From the IMG/VR virus record IMGVR_UViG_3300037230_000036, positions 1 through 64,000 of that record: DNA of 64,000 nt. The stretch is one strand, 5' to 3'. This document shows positions 52,105 through 62,336 of this stretch, piece by piece. This DNA comes from a virus. Under the pieces are notes generated by a model. That model saw only the letters and a list, made by a program, of their open reading frames with translations, was not told the origin of the DNA and ran no database searches. A program made the position numbers and the translations under genes. Positions within the stretch are counted from its first letter, which is position 1, and every line of letters begins with the position of its first letter.

Positions 52105-53256
52105 ATGGCACGCGGCGCAGAGGTCTTCCGGCCCCCGCAATGGAACGACGCGCCGGCGGCACCTCGCCCGTTCCGCCCCTTCTTTGCGGCCAGCCTTGAC
52201 GGCGAGCCCGACACCAAGCCGGAGTGGTTAATCGACGGTTTGCTGATGCGGGGAACGATCGCGCTCTTCGCCGGCGTGCCGAAGGTGGGAAAATCCCTCC
52301 TGATGCAGCAACTCCTTTCCGCCGTGGCGCTGGGCAAGGATTGGCTGGGCCGGGAAACGGTCTCGGCGCGGTGCTTCGGCCTCTTCTGTGAGGACAACCA
52401 CAAGACGCTCGTGAAGCGGCAACGCGACATCAACACTCATTTCGGGGTCGAGGCGCCGGACTACGAGACGGGACTGTCCTGGGAAAGTCACGACACCGAG
52501 GATGCCACGCTGGTCGCCTTCGAGAACTGGAGCGACAAGCCGCTTTTCACCGATCTCTGGCATCAGCTCTGGCGGCACGTCGACGAGAACGGCATCGAGC
52601 TTCTGGGGCTGGACCCCGCCGGGCGCATCTTCGGAGGCAACGAGAACTACAAGCGGCAAACCTCTAATTTCATTCTCGAATTGCACAAGAAGATATCGGA
52701 GCGCAACGGCGGTCTGATCCTTGCCGCGCACCCTCCGAAGAACGATCCCCGCGGCTATGCGGGCTCCGTGGCGTGGCACGGCTCGGTGCGGCTCGGCATG
52801 TCGCTGCAGCGGCCAAAGGGCTACAACGAGGACAAGGACGAGCCGCGGGACAGCCGCGTGCTGAAGAGTCTCGGCGGCAACTACGTGCCGGGCCGGTCGT
52901 CGGACAACATCCGCTACGAGCATGGGGTTTTCGTTGTCGACGAGCCGGAAGAAACCGAAAGACCAGAACGCTTTAGCATGGACGAGTTGAAGTATCGCGT
53001 CATGCAGGGGATGCGGCGAGTGATTGATAACGGCGGCTTGGTCCTGGCCGACGAGATGCACCCGAAATCGATGCCGATGCGGGCCCGGCGCAGCGGCGAC
53101 GCGGTGCTGTTAAGAACGCCCTTTAACTCGTTGTATATCGCGCAGGAAACGCTGCTGCGTGAGGGGAAGGTGGTCCGGGTCAAGGTGCGGGGGCAGTGCG
53201 TGCTGCGCCCCGCTGACGCCTCGGCTTACGACAACGAGCAGCCCTGGGAAGGCTAG
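52105..53256 (+). CDS. AAA_25 / RepA-like replicative helicase
   Basis: WLIDG....G...LFAG.PKVGKS Walker A, CED, LDP...FGGNEN, AHP, GS.AW. Confidence 0.85.
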   Translation: MARGAEVFRPPQWNDAPAAPRPFRPFFAASLDGEPDTKPEWLIDGLLMRGTIALFAGVPKVGKSLLMQQLLSAVALGKDWLGRETVSARCFGLFCEDNHKTLVKRQRDINTHFGVEAPDYETGLSWESHDTEDATLVAFENWSDKPLFTDLWHQLWRHVDENGIELLGLDPAGRIFGGNENYKRQTSNFILELHKKISERNGGLILAAHPPKNDPRGYAGSVAWHGSVRLGMSLQRPKGYNEDKDEPRDSRVLKSLGGNYVPGRSSDNIRYEHGVFVVDEPEETERPERFSMDELKYRVMQGMRRVIDNGGLVLADEMHPKSMPMRARRSGDAVLLRTPFNSLYIAQETLLREGKVVRVKVRGQCVLRPADASAYDNEQPWEG

Positions 53257-53500
53257 GGGCCGGGATTGACCGCGCCGCCGTCGTCTTCCCAGCGCGGCAG
53301 GTCGATGGTGGCGATTCAGAAGCTGATTTCCGCAACATGCGAGTTTACGTAAAGTGTAAAATCGTGTTGACGATTGAGGAGCACTTAGAACTGATCCGGC
53401 TGTCGCGCATAAGGGTTTGACCAGGAACCGGAACCACGTTCAAAGGCTCGCTCACCAGCGCGCTCCGCTTCCCAGCGGGTAGGGCAATCCCAACGATGAC

Positions 53501-56488
53501 TCATGGCGATCTCAGTCCTTCGGGGTTGTTACAGGAAGGGCACTCGCGGAAATGTGGGTCGGCCACGCCGAGCGCGTAACATTCCCAGCCGCTCCCCTCA
53601 CAGACGGGGCATGGATCGTCCTGGTAGCCGCCGCCCTCCGGCAGCAAACCTCCGCCGACGCCGCGACCGTCGCAGCAGGAGCAGAGGAAGCGCTTGCACA
53701 CACCGCAGCATGCAATCTGGTCAGCCAGCGCATCGGCCATCGGCGCCCTCGTTGATGAGCCGGTCGAGCTCGCCGCAGAGCGCGCCCATCTCGCTCCACA
53801 GCCGCTCCCGGTCGTCTGGATCGCGCGCCGCGGAGATCCGACCCCCGACGTCGACGATGGCCTCCCGCACGGCTGCGGCGCGGTCCTGTGGCGCCCGCGC
53901 GGGGAACGGGATCACGGTCATTCGTCAGCCTCTTCGAGTTCGAGCAGGTCGGCTACCGCCTCTGCCTCGGTCGAGCCCCATCCGACCTTGGCGCCGAGAT
54001 CGTAGTCGCCGCGCGTGGCAGACCAGTCGGCGCTGCGGTACGGGATCGGCGGGTAGACGTGTTCGGTAACGATCTTTTCGGCCTCGATCTCGGTCATTCT
54101 ATCACCGAGAAATCGACGCCGAGGGCAACGAGTTCCTCCCGCAGCCGCGCCGCGTAGCGCTCGGCGATCTCGCGAGCCTCGATCGTAGTGATGCGCAGCG
54201 TGAGGTGGGGGCCGGCCGGCATGTCAAGATCGATCGCCGCTGAATTACCCCTCCTCGAGGCGCGCACGAACGTCTCGACCGCCTTCAACTCGTCATCCAG
54301 TTTCATTGCGGCAGTAAGGTTGTAGCGCTTCATCGGGATTCTCCCCTCTCCGCGAGTTTCCTGCACCGATCCCGCCACTGGAACAGAGCGTCCAAGATCG
54401 GGTCTGAGGCGCCGATGTCCTCGCGCTTTATCCGCCGCATGAACGCGAGGATCAGGTCGTTGGCGATCACGCTCGTCTGCTGAGCGTGGCGGCGGAGGTC
54501 AGAGGGCTTCATGGCTTGTCTCCGGGCGAGGGCGAGCGAACCACAATCGTCTCGACGTGGTCGGGAACGCCGTCAGTCGGCAGCATCGCCGTCAGCCCTG
54601 ACCCTTTGCGGATCGTCTGGGTCGGGCCGAACTCCGCAAGCATCTCGACGAGTTTTTCGCGCCAGTTCTCGGAGGTGATCTGGTCCGCGCGCGCTAGCAT
54701 ACCGGGGGATTGTTGTTCCACCATCGCGCGCATATCTGCCATAAGCTGTTTATCGGCGAAATGATGCGTCCAGATTGGGTGTCCCATCAGGTATTCGGCC
54801 GCTTCATGGATTTCTGAAAAGCTTTTGCAGAGCATGACCCCACTCGCAATTGAAGCGATGACGCCAGTAGGAAATTCGCGAGCTTCGGGTTTCATCGGAT
54901 CGCCACCAGAAAGAGGACGATCGCGCCGAACAGAAACGCCATCGCGATCCAACCGAGCAGCGAGACAGCCGCGCGCTCGCCCTGTGGCGCGATGCTGACC
55001 GGCCCACCGACAACCGCGATGTCGCTGATGTGCCGAGCCATCGCATCGCGCTGGAACTCGCCGTCGCGCGCATCCAGTTGCGCCGGCCATGGGCGCGTGA
55101 TGCCTTTGTCCATTTCCAATTCCTCCGTCAAACATCATTTCGTCCCCAGCGCCCGGAGATGCTCCTGCGCGTCGGCCAGGAACAGCCTTGCATGGGCATA
55201 GTCGCCCGCTTCTGCCGCTGCATGTGCGGTCTTGAGCGCGGCGAGCATGGCGATCTTGCGAGCGGCCGGCAGCGGGGGCCGCAGCCCGAGCACGTCGACC
55301 AATTCCCGCAGCGGCTTATTCAGATAGTCCGATTGAGCGTCAACCATTGGTCATCTCCTTGGCGTTGACGGCTTCGATCTCAGTGCGCCATTTCTCGATC
55401 AGGGCATGGATGGCGGCGATGGCGTCCTCCGCAGTGTAAAAGGCCCCATGCCGGCTCGTAACCTCTTCGCGACGGAACCGGCCGCCCGCGCTTTGATAGG
55501 CGATCCAGCCATCGGCGGTCGCGCAGACCTCGGCATCGAGGCGCCCCAGGAACGGCGCGGCGGCATAGATCGCGTTCAGCTCATCGAGGGCCTTTGGGAT
55601 CAGCGTCGAGTCCGCAAGCGCGGGGCCGGCATCTCGACAAAAGCAATGCAGGACACCGCCAGCGTGCGGACCAGGGCGAGGTTGGCCGCATCCTCGGCCA
55701 GGACGATGATTGCCCTCAAGGCGGCGTCCATCAGCGGGAGAGCCCGCATCGCCATCGCGATCTGCCCCTCGGTTTCGTCATCGATATCCCCACGCGGGTT
55801 GACCAGCGCGACCTCGCGACCGCCCCACACGATCGAGCGCGTAACGGTCCCCTCTTCTGCGGCACAGGTCCATTCGCCCCCAGGCGGGGTAGCGGCGTTG
55901 ACGATCGCCTCGTCCTGGCTGTAGGGGCGCCGGGATTGGGCGGCGAAGAATGCCTGCCTGATAGCGTTCGCGTCGCTCATCGGATTCACTCCTTGTTACG
56001 GTGTCTCTGCGCGGCCTCGACGTCGCGCCAGTATTGGCCCCAATCCGCAACCACGTCGTCGAGGCGTAGGGTGCGATCGCCCCGCAGCCGGATGCCGATC
56101 GCGTTGAGGCGCTGCTCGGCCTCGCGCCACGGGGTTTCGTTGGTTCGCGCCTGTACGAAGCGGCGCTCTTCGGCGAGGACTTCGGGGAAGTGTTCGGCGA
56201 GGTAGCGGTTGGGGCGGGCGTAGGGGGCGGTCATCCTCGGCTCCGCTCGTTGCGATCGTTCCACACCACCCGGCAGTTCGCCGGCGCGTTGTTGTTCCGG
56301 TTGCCATCGATGTGGTGAATGCTGAAGGCTCCAAGCAGCGTGTGCATGTAGTCGGCGCGCTCGGTGTCGCCGCGAGCGCGGTAGAACTTCTCCAGCGCCC
56401 GCAGGCTCACTAAAGCCTCGAGGAAGTCCTGCGACGCGACGAGGGGGTCGGCTTCGCGTTCCTCGGCTGGGGTGGTGGGTTTCGGCAT
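53501..56488 (-). other. Chain of ~11 small overlapping hypothetical genes (53501-53740, 53721-53921, 53918-54097, 54094-54333, 54330-54512, 54509-54895, 54892-55131, 55135-55347, 55600-55980, 55986-56234, 56231-56488)
   Basis: Head-to-tail overlaps with RBSs; 56231-56488 has an HNH-like HHIDGNRNNN..NC tail. Confidence 0.6.
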
Positions 56489-56497
56489 GGGCTTTTC

Positions 56498-56986
56498 CTA
56501 GAGCTTTTGGGCGTCGGGATGAGGGAGGCACGGGATAAGAGCCTCGATCTCTCTCTTGGTTTCCCGCTCCGAAACGTCTTTTGACGGGGGCGCAGACGCT
56601 TTTGCGAGTCCGTCTTTGCCATACCTCTCGTCGATGCGCTGGGTATCGTAATCGAGCCAGCCCTGGAACATGCCGCGGGTACGGCTGTCGTCCACGGACG
56701 ATACCCACGGCTGCAGCGCGGCGATCTTGGATCGGCATTCCTGCACAAAAGCGGCCGGAGCGCCCTCGTCTCCGCACTGTAAATTTAATCCTGCGTTGGC
56801 CAATATCTCCAGCGCAGAACGCCTTAGCACCTCGTCGGATGGTTCTGTCGGACCGCAGAAGGTGGAAATTTCGTCGGTGAGCCGGTGGCGCACTGCGTCG
56901 CGCGCCTCAGGCGACAGAAACCATGTTGCCGAGGAAATGCCCGCAATCGTCACGATCGTCCCGGCGACAAGATATCCGGTCTTCAT
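56498..56986 (-). CDS. Membrane-anchored hypothetical protein
   Basis: GGAGG RBS; N-terminal TM segment. Confidence 0.55.
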   Translation of the reverse strand: MKTGYLVAGTIVTIAGISSATWFLSPEARDAVRHRLTDEISTFCGPTEPSDEVLRRSALEILANAGLNLQCGDEGAPAAFVQECRSKIAALQPWVSSVDDSRTRGMFQGWLDYDTQRIDERYGKDGLAKASAPPSKDVSERETKREIEALIPCLPHPDAQKL

Positions 56987-57059
56987 CTCAGAAATCCTCC
57001 AGAGGCGTGGCGCTTCCCGAGCGGCAAGCCGGAGCCTGCCGCCACGGAAGAACCCGCGT

Positions 57060-57302
57060 TCAGCACTCGACGCCGAGTTCCCTCAATTCCCGGCGGTAAT
57101 GGTTGGCACGCTCGACCAGCCAATCGACCCCGGCGTCAGTGGTGGGGAACAAAGCCTCGGTGACCCGCTGATTATCCAATTGCACGATTACGAAAACGTT
57201 GGCGCGTACCGGCGTGTTTTTGTCGAGAGCCTTCAGACCGGCGTTGATCTCTTGCAGCAGGGCGTTCAACCCCACGACGCGGGAGAGATTGGATAATTTC
57301 AT
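57060..57302 (-). CDS. Hypothetical protein
   Basis: Preceded by the start-associated repeat. Confidence 0.55.
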   Translation of the reverse strand: MKLSNLSRVVGLNALLQEINAGLKALDKNTPVRANVFVIVQLDNQRVTEALFPTTDAGVDWLVERANHYRRELRELGVEC

Positions 57303-57335
57303 CGTGTTCTCCTATGGCACGGGAAGGGTCGGTGC

Positions 57336-58067
57336 TTAGTCTCTATAAGCGTGTTCCCATCTTGCCCAACGGTCGATCGCGCCGAGTTGATGAAGGTCAA
57401 GATCGGGCTGAATGCCCTTTGCGTGGTCGGATTTGATGACCTCAAGCCACGCGAGCATTGCCGCGTAGATGAGGTGCGTGCACTCGTCTCGCGTCGCCTC
57501 CTGTAGCGCGATCGGTTCATCCAGAAGGTTGCTGCGCCAGTCGAGCGGGTGACTGGTTGCCTCGAACCCTTCGGGCCACTTCTTTCGACCCCAGTGGCAA
57601 CCGCCATTGTCGTCGACGGCAGGCCAAGCGCAGCCGGCATCAAGATCCTCTTGGGCTTCGCACCCTTCCTGGTCGCAGACCGGCGGATTGGCCTCGCGCC
57701 ACTCCTCGGGCGAATACATTGACAGGCTCTGGCCGCAATACCCGCATCGAGCAGTCCCTAATTCTTCTTCAAGATGCGTGATGATCTCCTCGATGAATTC
57801 GCCGATGTAAAACTCATCGTCTTCGCGGCCAGGATAATCGTTTCCACAATCCCATCCGCTGTCGCCACGGATCACCCAGTATCGGGGGCGCTGATTGATG
57901 GTCCCGACATAGAAGAGGGCGCGACCGTCACCGTAGATTGTGTTCATCAGATAGGGGGTGAAGGTGATCGCACCGCTCGGTGTCCAAAGATGAGCCGTGG
58001 TCTCGATCTCGATCGCAGCCTTCAGGCGCGCGTGGATCGTGTCGGGCTTTCGTCTGATAAGGTCCAC
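57336..58067 (-). CDS. Hypothetical protein
   Basis: GTG start after the repeat RBS. Confidence 0.6.
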   Translation of the reverse strand: MDLIRRKPDTIHARLKAAIEIETTAHLWTPSGAITFTPYLMNTIYGDGRALFYVGTINQRPRYWVIRGDSGWDCGNDYPGREDDEFYIGEFIEEIITHLEEELGTARCGYCGQSLSMYSPEEWREANPPVCDQEGCEAQEDLDAGCAWPAVDDNGGCHWGRKKWPEGFEATSHPLDWRSNLLDEPIALQEATRDECTHLIYAAMLAWLEVIKSDHAKGIQPDLDLHQLGAIDRWARWEHAYRD

Positions 58068-58094
58068 GGGACAGTCTCCTACGCCACGGAAGGG

Positions 58095-58253
58095 TCAGTG
58101 ATTAGCCTCGTAGGCCGATTGAAGCGCCTCGGCGATAACGCGAACCACATCCTCGCGCGGAGGATCAGTCAGCTTACGAGCCGGGTCATAAGCGAGCGCA
58201 ATAATCCGCGCCAACGCCTCCGCCTCTTTCTGGAAACAGGCAAGAATTTTCAT
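58095..58253 (-). CDS. Small hypothetical protein
   Basis: 52 aa; RBS is the duplicated target GGAGAAAC; stop lies within the repeat. Confidence 0.5.
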   Translation of the reverse strand: MKILACFQKEAEALARIIALAYDPARKLTDPPREDVVRVIAEALQSAYEANH

Positions 58254-58263
58254 CGGTTTCTCC

Positions 58264-58743
58264 CATGCTTATCCGGTTGTTGCCCACGGCTGCTACCTAT
58301 AGCGCCGGAATATCCGACAGCGCGAAGACGATGCCTCGGCAGTATTTTTCGCCGTCCTCTAGAACCTCGAAGGACGCGTGCGGGATCGCCGTCTCGTAGA
58401 CCCAAGAGTAGCCCTCAACATCCCACTTTGCCTTAATCGGCGTTGCCGTCTTCATCAGCCGCTTGAAGTGCGGGCAGTCCTCGTTGTCGCATTCGTTGAC
58501 CAGTAGACCGCTTCTCGTGAAGAAGGCTTCACCACCTTCATAGCAACCCATCTCATCGTTCACAGCGCCCCGAAATTCCATCAAGTCATCGCTGGCACCA
58601 AACACGACTACCAGGCCGCTTTTTTTGGCGATCTGATTATCGGCTGGACCCGTCTCTTTCCCGTATTCGCACCCGTTGAGGGCGATAGCGAGTTCCTGGC
58701 TATTCATCATCTAGCTCCTGTGTGCGACAACCGGATAGGCATG
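58264..58743 (-). mobile_element. TIR mini-cassette C (480 bp), 8-bp TSD GTTTCTCC
   Basis: CATGCTTATCCGGTTGT at 58264 and ACAACCGGATAGGCATG ending at 58743; GTTTCTCC at 58256-58263 and 58744-58751. Confidence 0.9.
58297..58710 (-). CDS. Cassette C cargo: conserved phage hypothetical protein
   Basis: ATG supplied by the cassette end; GLVVVFGASDDLMEFRGA...IPHA.F.V.EDGE.YCRGIVF. Confidence 0.75.
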   Translation of the reverse strand: MMNSQELAIALNGCEYGKETGPADNQIAKKSGLVVVFGASDDLMEFRGAVNDEMGCYEGGEAFFTRSGLLVNECDNEDCPHFKRLMKTATPIKAKWDVEGYSWVYETAIPHASFEVLEDGEKYCRGIVFALSDIPAL

Positions 58744-58766
58744 GTTTCTCCTATGGCACGGAAGGG

Positions 58767-59204
58767 TCAGGCGTTGAGGTTGCGGTAGTACGCGCTTCTG
58801 GCGGTTGCCGGCGCTGGAGCGACCCGATAAATAATATGACCGTCAATCGGCCCCCATTCGGTCTCCGGGGTGTATCGAGAGTTGTCCGTCGCCTCCCGCT
58901 GCACCCGCGCGATCTCGTTGCACCGCGCCAGCTTGTCGAGGATGGCAGGCGATGCAAACACGGGTTCGGCGCAGTCGCCGCACGTTGTCCGATCCCAGCA
59001 GCCGCCCTGCGCCTCACATAGCCGGCTCCATTCGAGATCGCACGGCTCATGCCCACAGCACATGCCGGCGAGATCGACAGTGGGGTATTGGCAATCCCCA
59101 TGCGGGCGCGTGGCGCCAGTGCGCGCGGGCTCAACCTCGGTCTCGACGCCGGACGGGAATAGGCGCTCGGTTACGTGGTCGCCACGGTCCGCTAGGTATC
59201 TCAT
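58767..59204 (-). CDS. Hypothetical Cys-rich protein
   Basis: GGAGG RBS. Confidence 0.5.
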   Translation of the reverse strand: MRYLADRGDHVTERLFPSGVETEVEPARTGATRPHGDCQYPTVDLAGMCCGHEPCDLEWSRLCEAQGGCWDRTTCGDCAEPVFASPAILDKLARCNEIARVQREATDNSRYTPETEWGPIDGHIIYRVAPAPATARSAYYRNLNA

Positions 59205-59207
59205 CGC

Positions 59208-59396
59208 TCAGCCCTCCGCCGGAACTACGTGAAACCGCATCGCCTCCGTGGCGACCTCTGGCCTCAAGATTCCGCCTTGCTCCAGGAAGATCACCAGCCG
59301 CGCAGCCCACAGTGCTGCCTCGGCGTCTTTCCCGCAGTCATGGTAGGAGAGGCATTTCGCCAGCGCCCGGTTGACCTCGCGGCGATCGAAACTCAT
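59208..59396 (-). CDS. Hypothetical protein
   Basis: ATGA overlap. Confidence 0.5.
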   Translation of the reverse strand: MSFDRREVNRALAKCLSYHDCGKDAEAALWAARLVIFLEQGGILRPEVATEAMRFHVVPAEG

Positions 59397-59791
59397 TGCG
59401 CAGCCTCCGCGCCGGCCGACAGCGCCTCGAACTGCAGCACCGACGTCCGCACCATCTTGCGCAGGGTCGCCGGCAGCCGCGCGATGCGCCCGGCGATCTC
59501 GATGGCGTCCGCGGTCGCCGCGGGGTCGCTGTCCTGCGGCAGGCTGATGTCGTCGAGGAAGAACTGCAGCGGCAGCTTGGCGGCTGCAGCGATCGAGACG
59601 AGGCGCGAGATGCTGACGCGGTTCTGGGCGGTCTCGTTCTTGTGAACCTGCGCCAAGCTGAGCCCGAGCAACTTGCCGAGGTCGCCTTGCGTCATGCTCT
59701 GGAGAGACCGCGCTGCCCGGATGCGGCGTCCCACCGCAATGTCGATCTCATGTTCGGTCTTGGTGGCCCGCGGCCTTCCGACTTTTCTCAT
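59393..59791 (-). CDS. XRE-family HTH repressor-like protein
   Basis: D..VGRRIR..R....MTQ..LG..LGLS..QV.K.E...NRVS. Confidence 0.85.
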   Translation of the reverse strand: MRKVGRPRATKTEHEIDIAVGRRIRAARSLQSMTQGDLGKLLGLSLAQVHKNETAQNRVSISRLVSIAAAAKLPLQFFLDDISLPQDSDPAATADAIEIAGRIARLPATLRKMVRTSVLQFEALSAGAEAAQ

Positions 59792-59847
59792 ACCGTAGTC
59801 TCCATAGCGAGCAAGCGGCAATATGCGCTGTACGGTTATCTCTACGG

Positions 59848-59876
59848 TATATACGTGGTTGTGATACGCGATGCAA
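59848..59876 (-). promoter_or_regulatory. Sigma70-type promoter of the leftward operon
   Basis: TTGCAT-17-TATATA; TACGGT direct repeats at 59831 and 59843. Confidence 0.5.
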
Positions 59877-59900
59877 GGGAGTTGACCGCAGAGACGCCGG

Positions 59901-59933
59901 AAACAGAAACGCCCCGCCTGTTGGGGCGGGGCG
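59901..59933 (-). terminator. Rho-independent terminator
   Basis: CGCCCCGCC...GGCGGGGCG followed by TTTCTGTTT on the minus strand. Confidence 0.7.
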
Positions 59934-60804
59934 CTCTGCGAAACGGTTGACGCGGGCACGGCGGCTCGCGTATATCGCTTCGGTGATCAAGCGAAGTTTG
60001 CCGCTTCGCGAAGATCGTCGGCCGGGACGAACGGCCTTTCCGCGAAATAGCGCAGAAACCCGTCCCTCGGCAAGTGCTTTGAGGATATCGGGCGTGGGCG
60101 CAACGATCATTCATCCCCCGAAATGGTGGCTCCGCCGTCGGAGGAAGATTTCCGCGAAAGCGGTTCAGCGCGCAAATCGCCAGCTCTTGACCGCGCGCCA
60201 GGAACGCGAAACGGCCTTGGCACGGTGCGATGAAATCGGTATCGGTTTAAGGAAGCGAAGCGAGCAATAGCGGCTTTGGCCGTCCGCGAGGACTAGGGCA
60301 GATCTGACCGGTATCCCAGGTCGTGGAAGCCCGAACGGCGCCGCACCATTCTAGAAAAGGACGCGCACGAGCTGCGCGGACTGCCGCACCAGGGGCCTGC
60401 CATGATCGGCCCGCGGCAGTTGTTGACACCGTCATACGAGGGCAGAGGAAGCGAAAGCCAGCGGGTACAGGATGACCGCCCGCCGCCACCGCTGGGGTGC
60501 CCTGCGAAGCCAAGCGACGCAATGCAAACCCCAGCACCAGGCGCCTCCGATCATGGAGTGTCGAGCCGGCGACCGCGCCGATTTTTCGACCTCACCGACC
60601 TCGTAGGGCGGAGTGCGTCCGGAGACACGCCTGGCGGATGTCGCTCCGCTACGCTGCGCTCTCCTACGGCCTTCGGCCTCCGGGTCTGCGATGCGCAGAC
60701 TCATCCTTGGCTGAATAAGTCTCCAGATGGTGTTGAGAAATATATCGTAAATGGAATGTCATTAGGACGCGCGCGAATCGCAATCTTTGCACGGAGGACA
60801 AGAA

Positions 60805-61272
60805 ATGGCCGGCAGCGTGAACAAAGTCATCGTTCTGGGTAACCTCGGGCAAGACCCGGAAACCCGCATATTTCAAAACGGCGGATCGGTCACAAACCTG
60901 TCCGTCGCTACGTCGGAAAGCTGGAAAGACAAGTCGTCCGGCGAACGCAAAGAGCGAACCGAATGGCACCGTGTTTCGATTCTCAACGATACCCTCGGCG
61001 AGATCGTCACGAAGTACGCCCGCAAAGGGGATAAAATCTACATCGAGGGACAGCTGCAGACCCGTAAATACACAGATAACGCGGGCGTCGAGCGCTTCAG
61101 CACCGAGATCGTCGTCAAGGGCTTCAACAGCACCGTGCAGCTGCTCGGCGAGCGCCGCAGCAACGGAAATTCCAGCACCGACCGACAGAATGGACGCGAC
61201 GACGAATACCAGCCGCCACAGCCCCGCTCGCGTCCCGCGGGCAATGACCTCGACGATGAGATTCCGTTCTAG
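60805..61272 (+). CDS. ssb: Single-stranded DNA-binding protein
   Basis: MAGSVNKVIVLGNLGQDPE...TEWHRV...LDDEIPF. Confidence 0.97.
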   Translation: MAGSVNKVIVLGNLGQDPETRIFQNGGSVTNLSVATSESWKDKSSGERKERTEWHRVSILNDTLGEIVTKYARKGDKIYIEGQLQTRKYTDNAGVERFSTEIVVKGFNSTVQLLGERRSNGNSSTDRQNGRDDEYQPPQPRSRPAGNDLDDEIPF

Positions 61273-61417
61273 GGCGCGCATTGTCCGTTACCGCGCAAAC
61301 CTCGGAACCAACTCCCCAAAACCCCCGCGAGCCGTTGAAATCCACACCGCAACGATGTAGAACCGACGCGGAACCCTTTGCGCCGCCCCGGCGTACCGAG
61401 TAGGAGAACAACGCACC

Positions 61418-61687
61418 ATGTCGATCTGGGGCCGCATGCAAAAGATCGAAGACAGGGTCGAGCAGCACGGTACCGCCCTCACGCAAGCCGTCACCCTCCT
61501 CACCTCGCACGTCCAATCCTGCGACAAGCGCGGCGCTCGCACCGAAAAACTCGGCTATATCGCCATATCCCTCGTCATCGCCGTCCTCGGCTTCCTCGTG
61601 AAACCGTACTTCGAACAAACCCCCAGACTTCCCCCAGGGTATTACCTCGAAGTCCCCACAAGCCCCGGAACTCCGAAGCAGCCTTGA
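61418..61687 (+). CDS. Small coiled-coil + TM protein
   Basis: AGGAG RBS; one TM segment. Confidence 0.55.
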   Translation: MSIWGRMQKIEDRVEQHGTALTQAVTLLTSHVQSCDKRGARTEKLGYIAISLVIAVLGFLVKPYFEQTPRLPPGYYLEVPTSPGTPKQP

Positions 61688-61723
61688 CGGATAGCCGTAC
61701 TGAACGCGACTATCCCCCGTACT

Positions 61724-62326
61724 ATGTCGGTACTGAAAAACGCTAAACACGAAGCCTTCGCCCAGGCAGTCGCCGCCGGGAAATCCCTGGTCGATGCCCA
61801 TGAGATGGCCGGATATCCACGACATCGCGGCAATGCCTACTCGGTAGCGCAGCGTCTCGACATTAAAGGGCGAGTGGCTGAACTACTCAATCGCAGGGAT
61901 CAGCGAGAGTTCGCGTCGACCGAGCGCGCGATCGAGAGAACGGCGATCACAAAGACCCGTGTTGCGACCGAATTGGCGAAGATCGCCTTTGCCAGCATGG
62001 GCGATTATACGCGGGCTGAGGGCACGTCGAGGGTTCTTGACTTGACCAATGTGACGGAAGACCAACTCGCTGCTGTTCAGCAACTTGAGACTGACGTTTA
62101 TGTTCAGGGTAAGGGCGAAACGGCAAAGGCGGTGGTGCGGGTCAAGAAGTTCCGGCTGCACGACAAGCGCCAGGCCCTCATGGATATCGCGGCGCTGTTC
62201 GGCTACGTCATCAAGCGGACCGAGGTTCGGGAGGTCGACGAGTTCGAGACGATGGACGCCGACGCGCTGAAGGAGCGGGTATCGGAGATCATCGCGGGGG
62301 GGCGGGCTGAGCCGACGCGGCATTGA
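61724..62326 (+). CDS. terS: Terminase small subunit
   Basis: LKNAKHEAFAQ.V..G....DA...AGY; V..EL.KIAF; K.RLHDK..AL. Confidence 0.85.
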   Translation: MSVLKNAKHEAFAQAVAAGKSLVDAHEMAGYPRHRGNAYSVAQRLDIKGRVAELLNRRDQREFASTERAIERTAITKTRVATELAKIAFASMGDYTRAEGTSRVLDLTNVTEDQLAAVQQLETDVYVQGKGETAKAVVRVKKFRLHDKRQALMDIAALFGYVIKRTEVREVDEFETMDADALKERVSEIIAGGRAEPTRH

Positions 62327-62336
62327 AGGAGTGGGA

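Larger units (their letters stand above)
57307..58770 (-). repeat. Three copies of a ~25-bp start-associated repeat CTGACCCTTCCGTGCCATAGGAGA
   Basis: Copies at 57307-57332, 58075-58098 and 58746-58770, each containing the RBS of the next gene. Confidence 0.85.

Noticed and set aside
53393-53411. ATCCGGCTGTCGCGCATA, weak similarity to the cassette end
   Set aside because: Lacks the CATGCYT terminus, partner end and TSD.
57307-58770. Repeats considered as a CRISPR array
   Set aside because: Spacing is hundreds of bp and contains genes; no cas genes.
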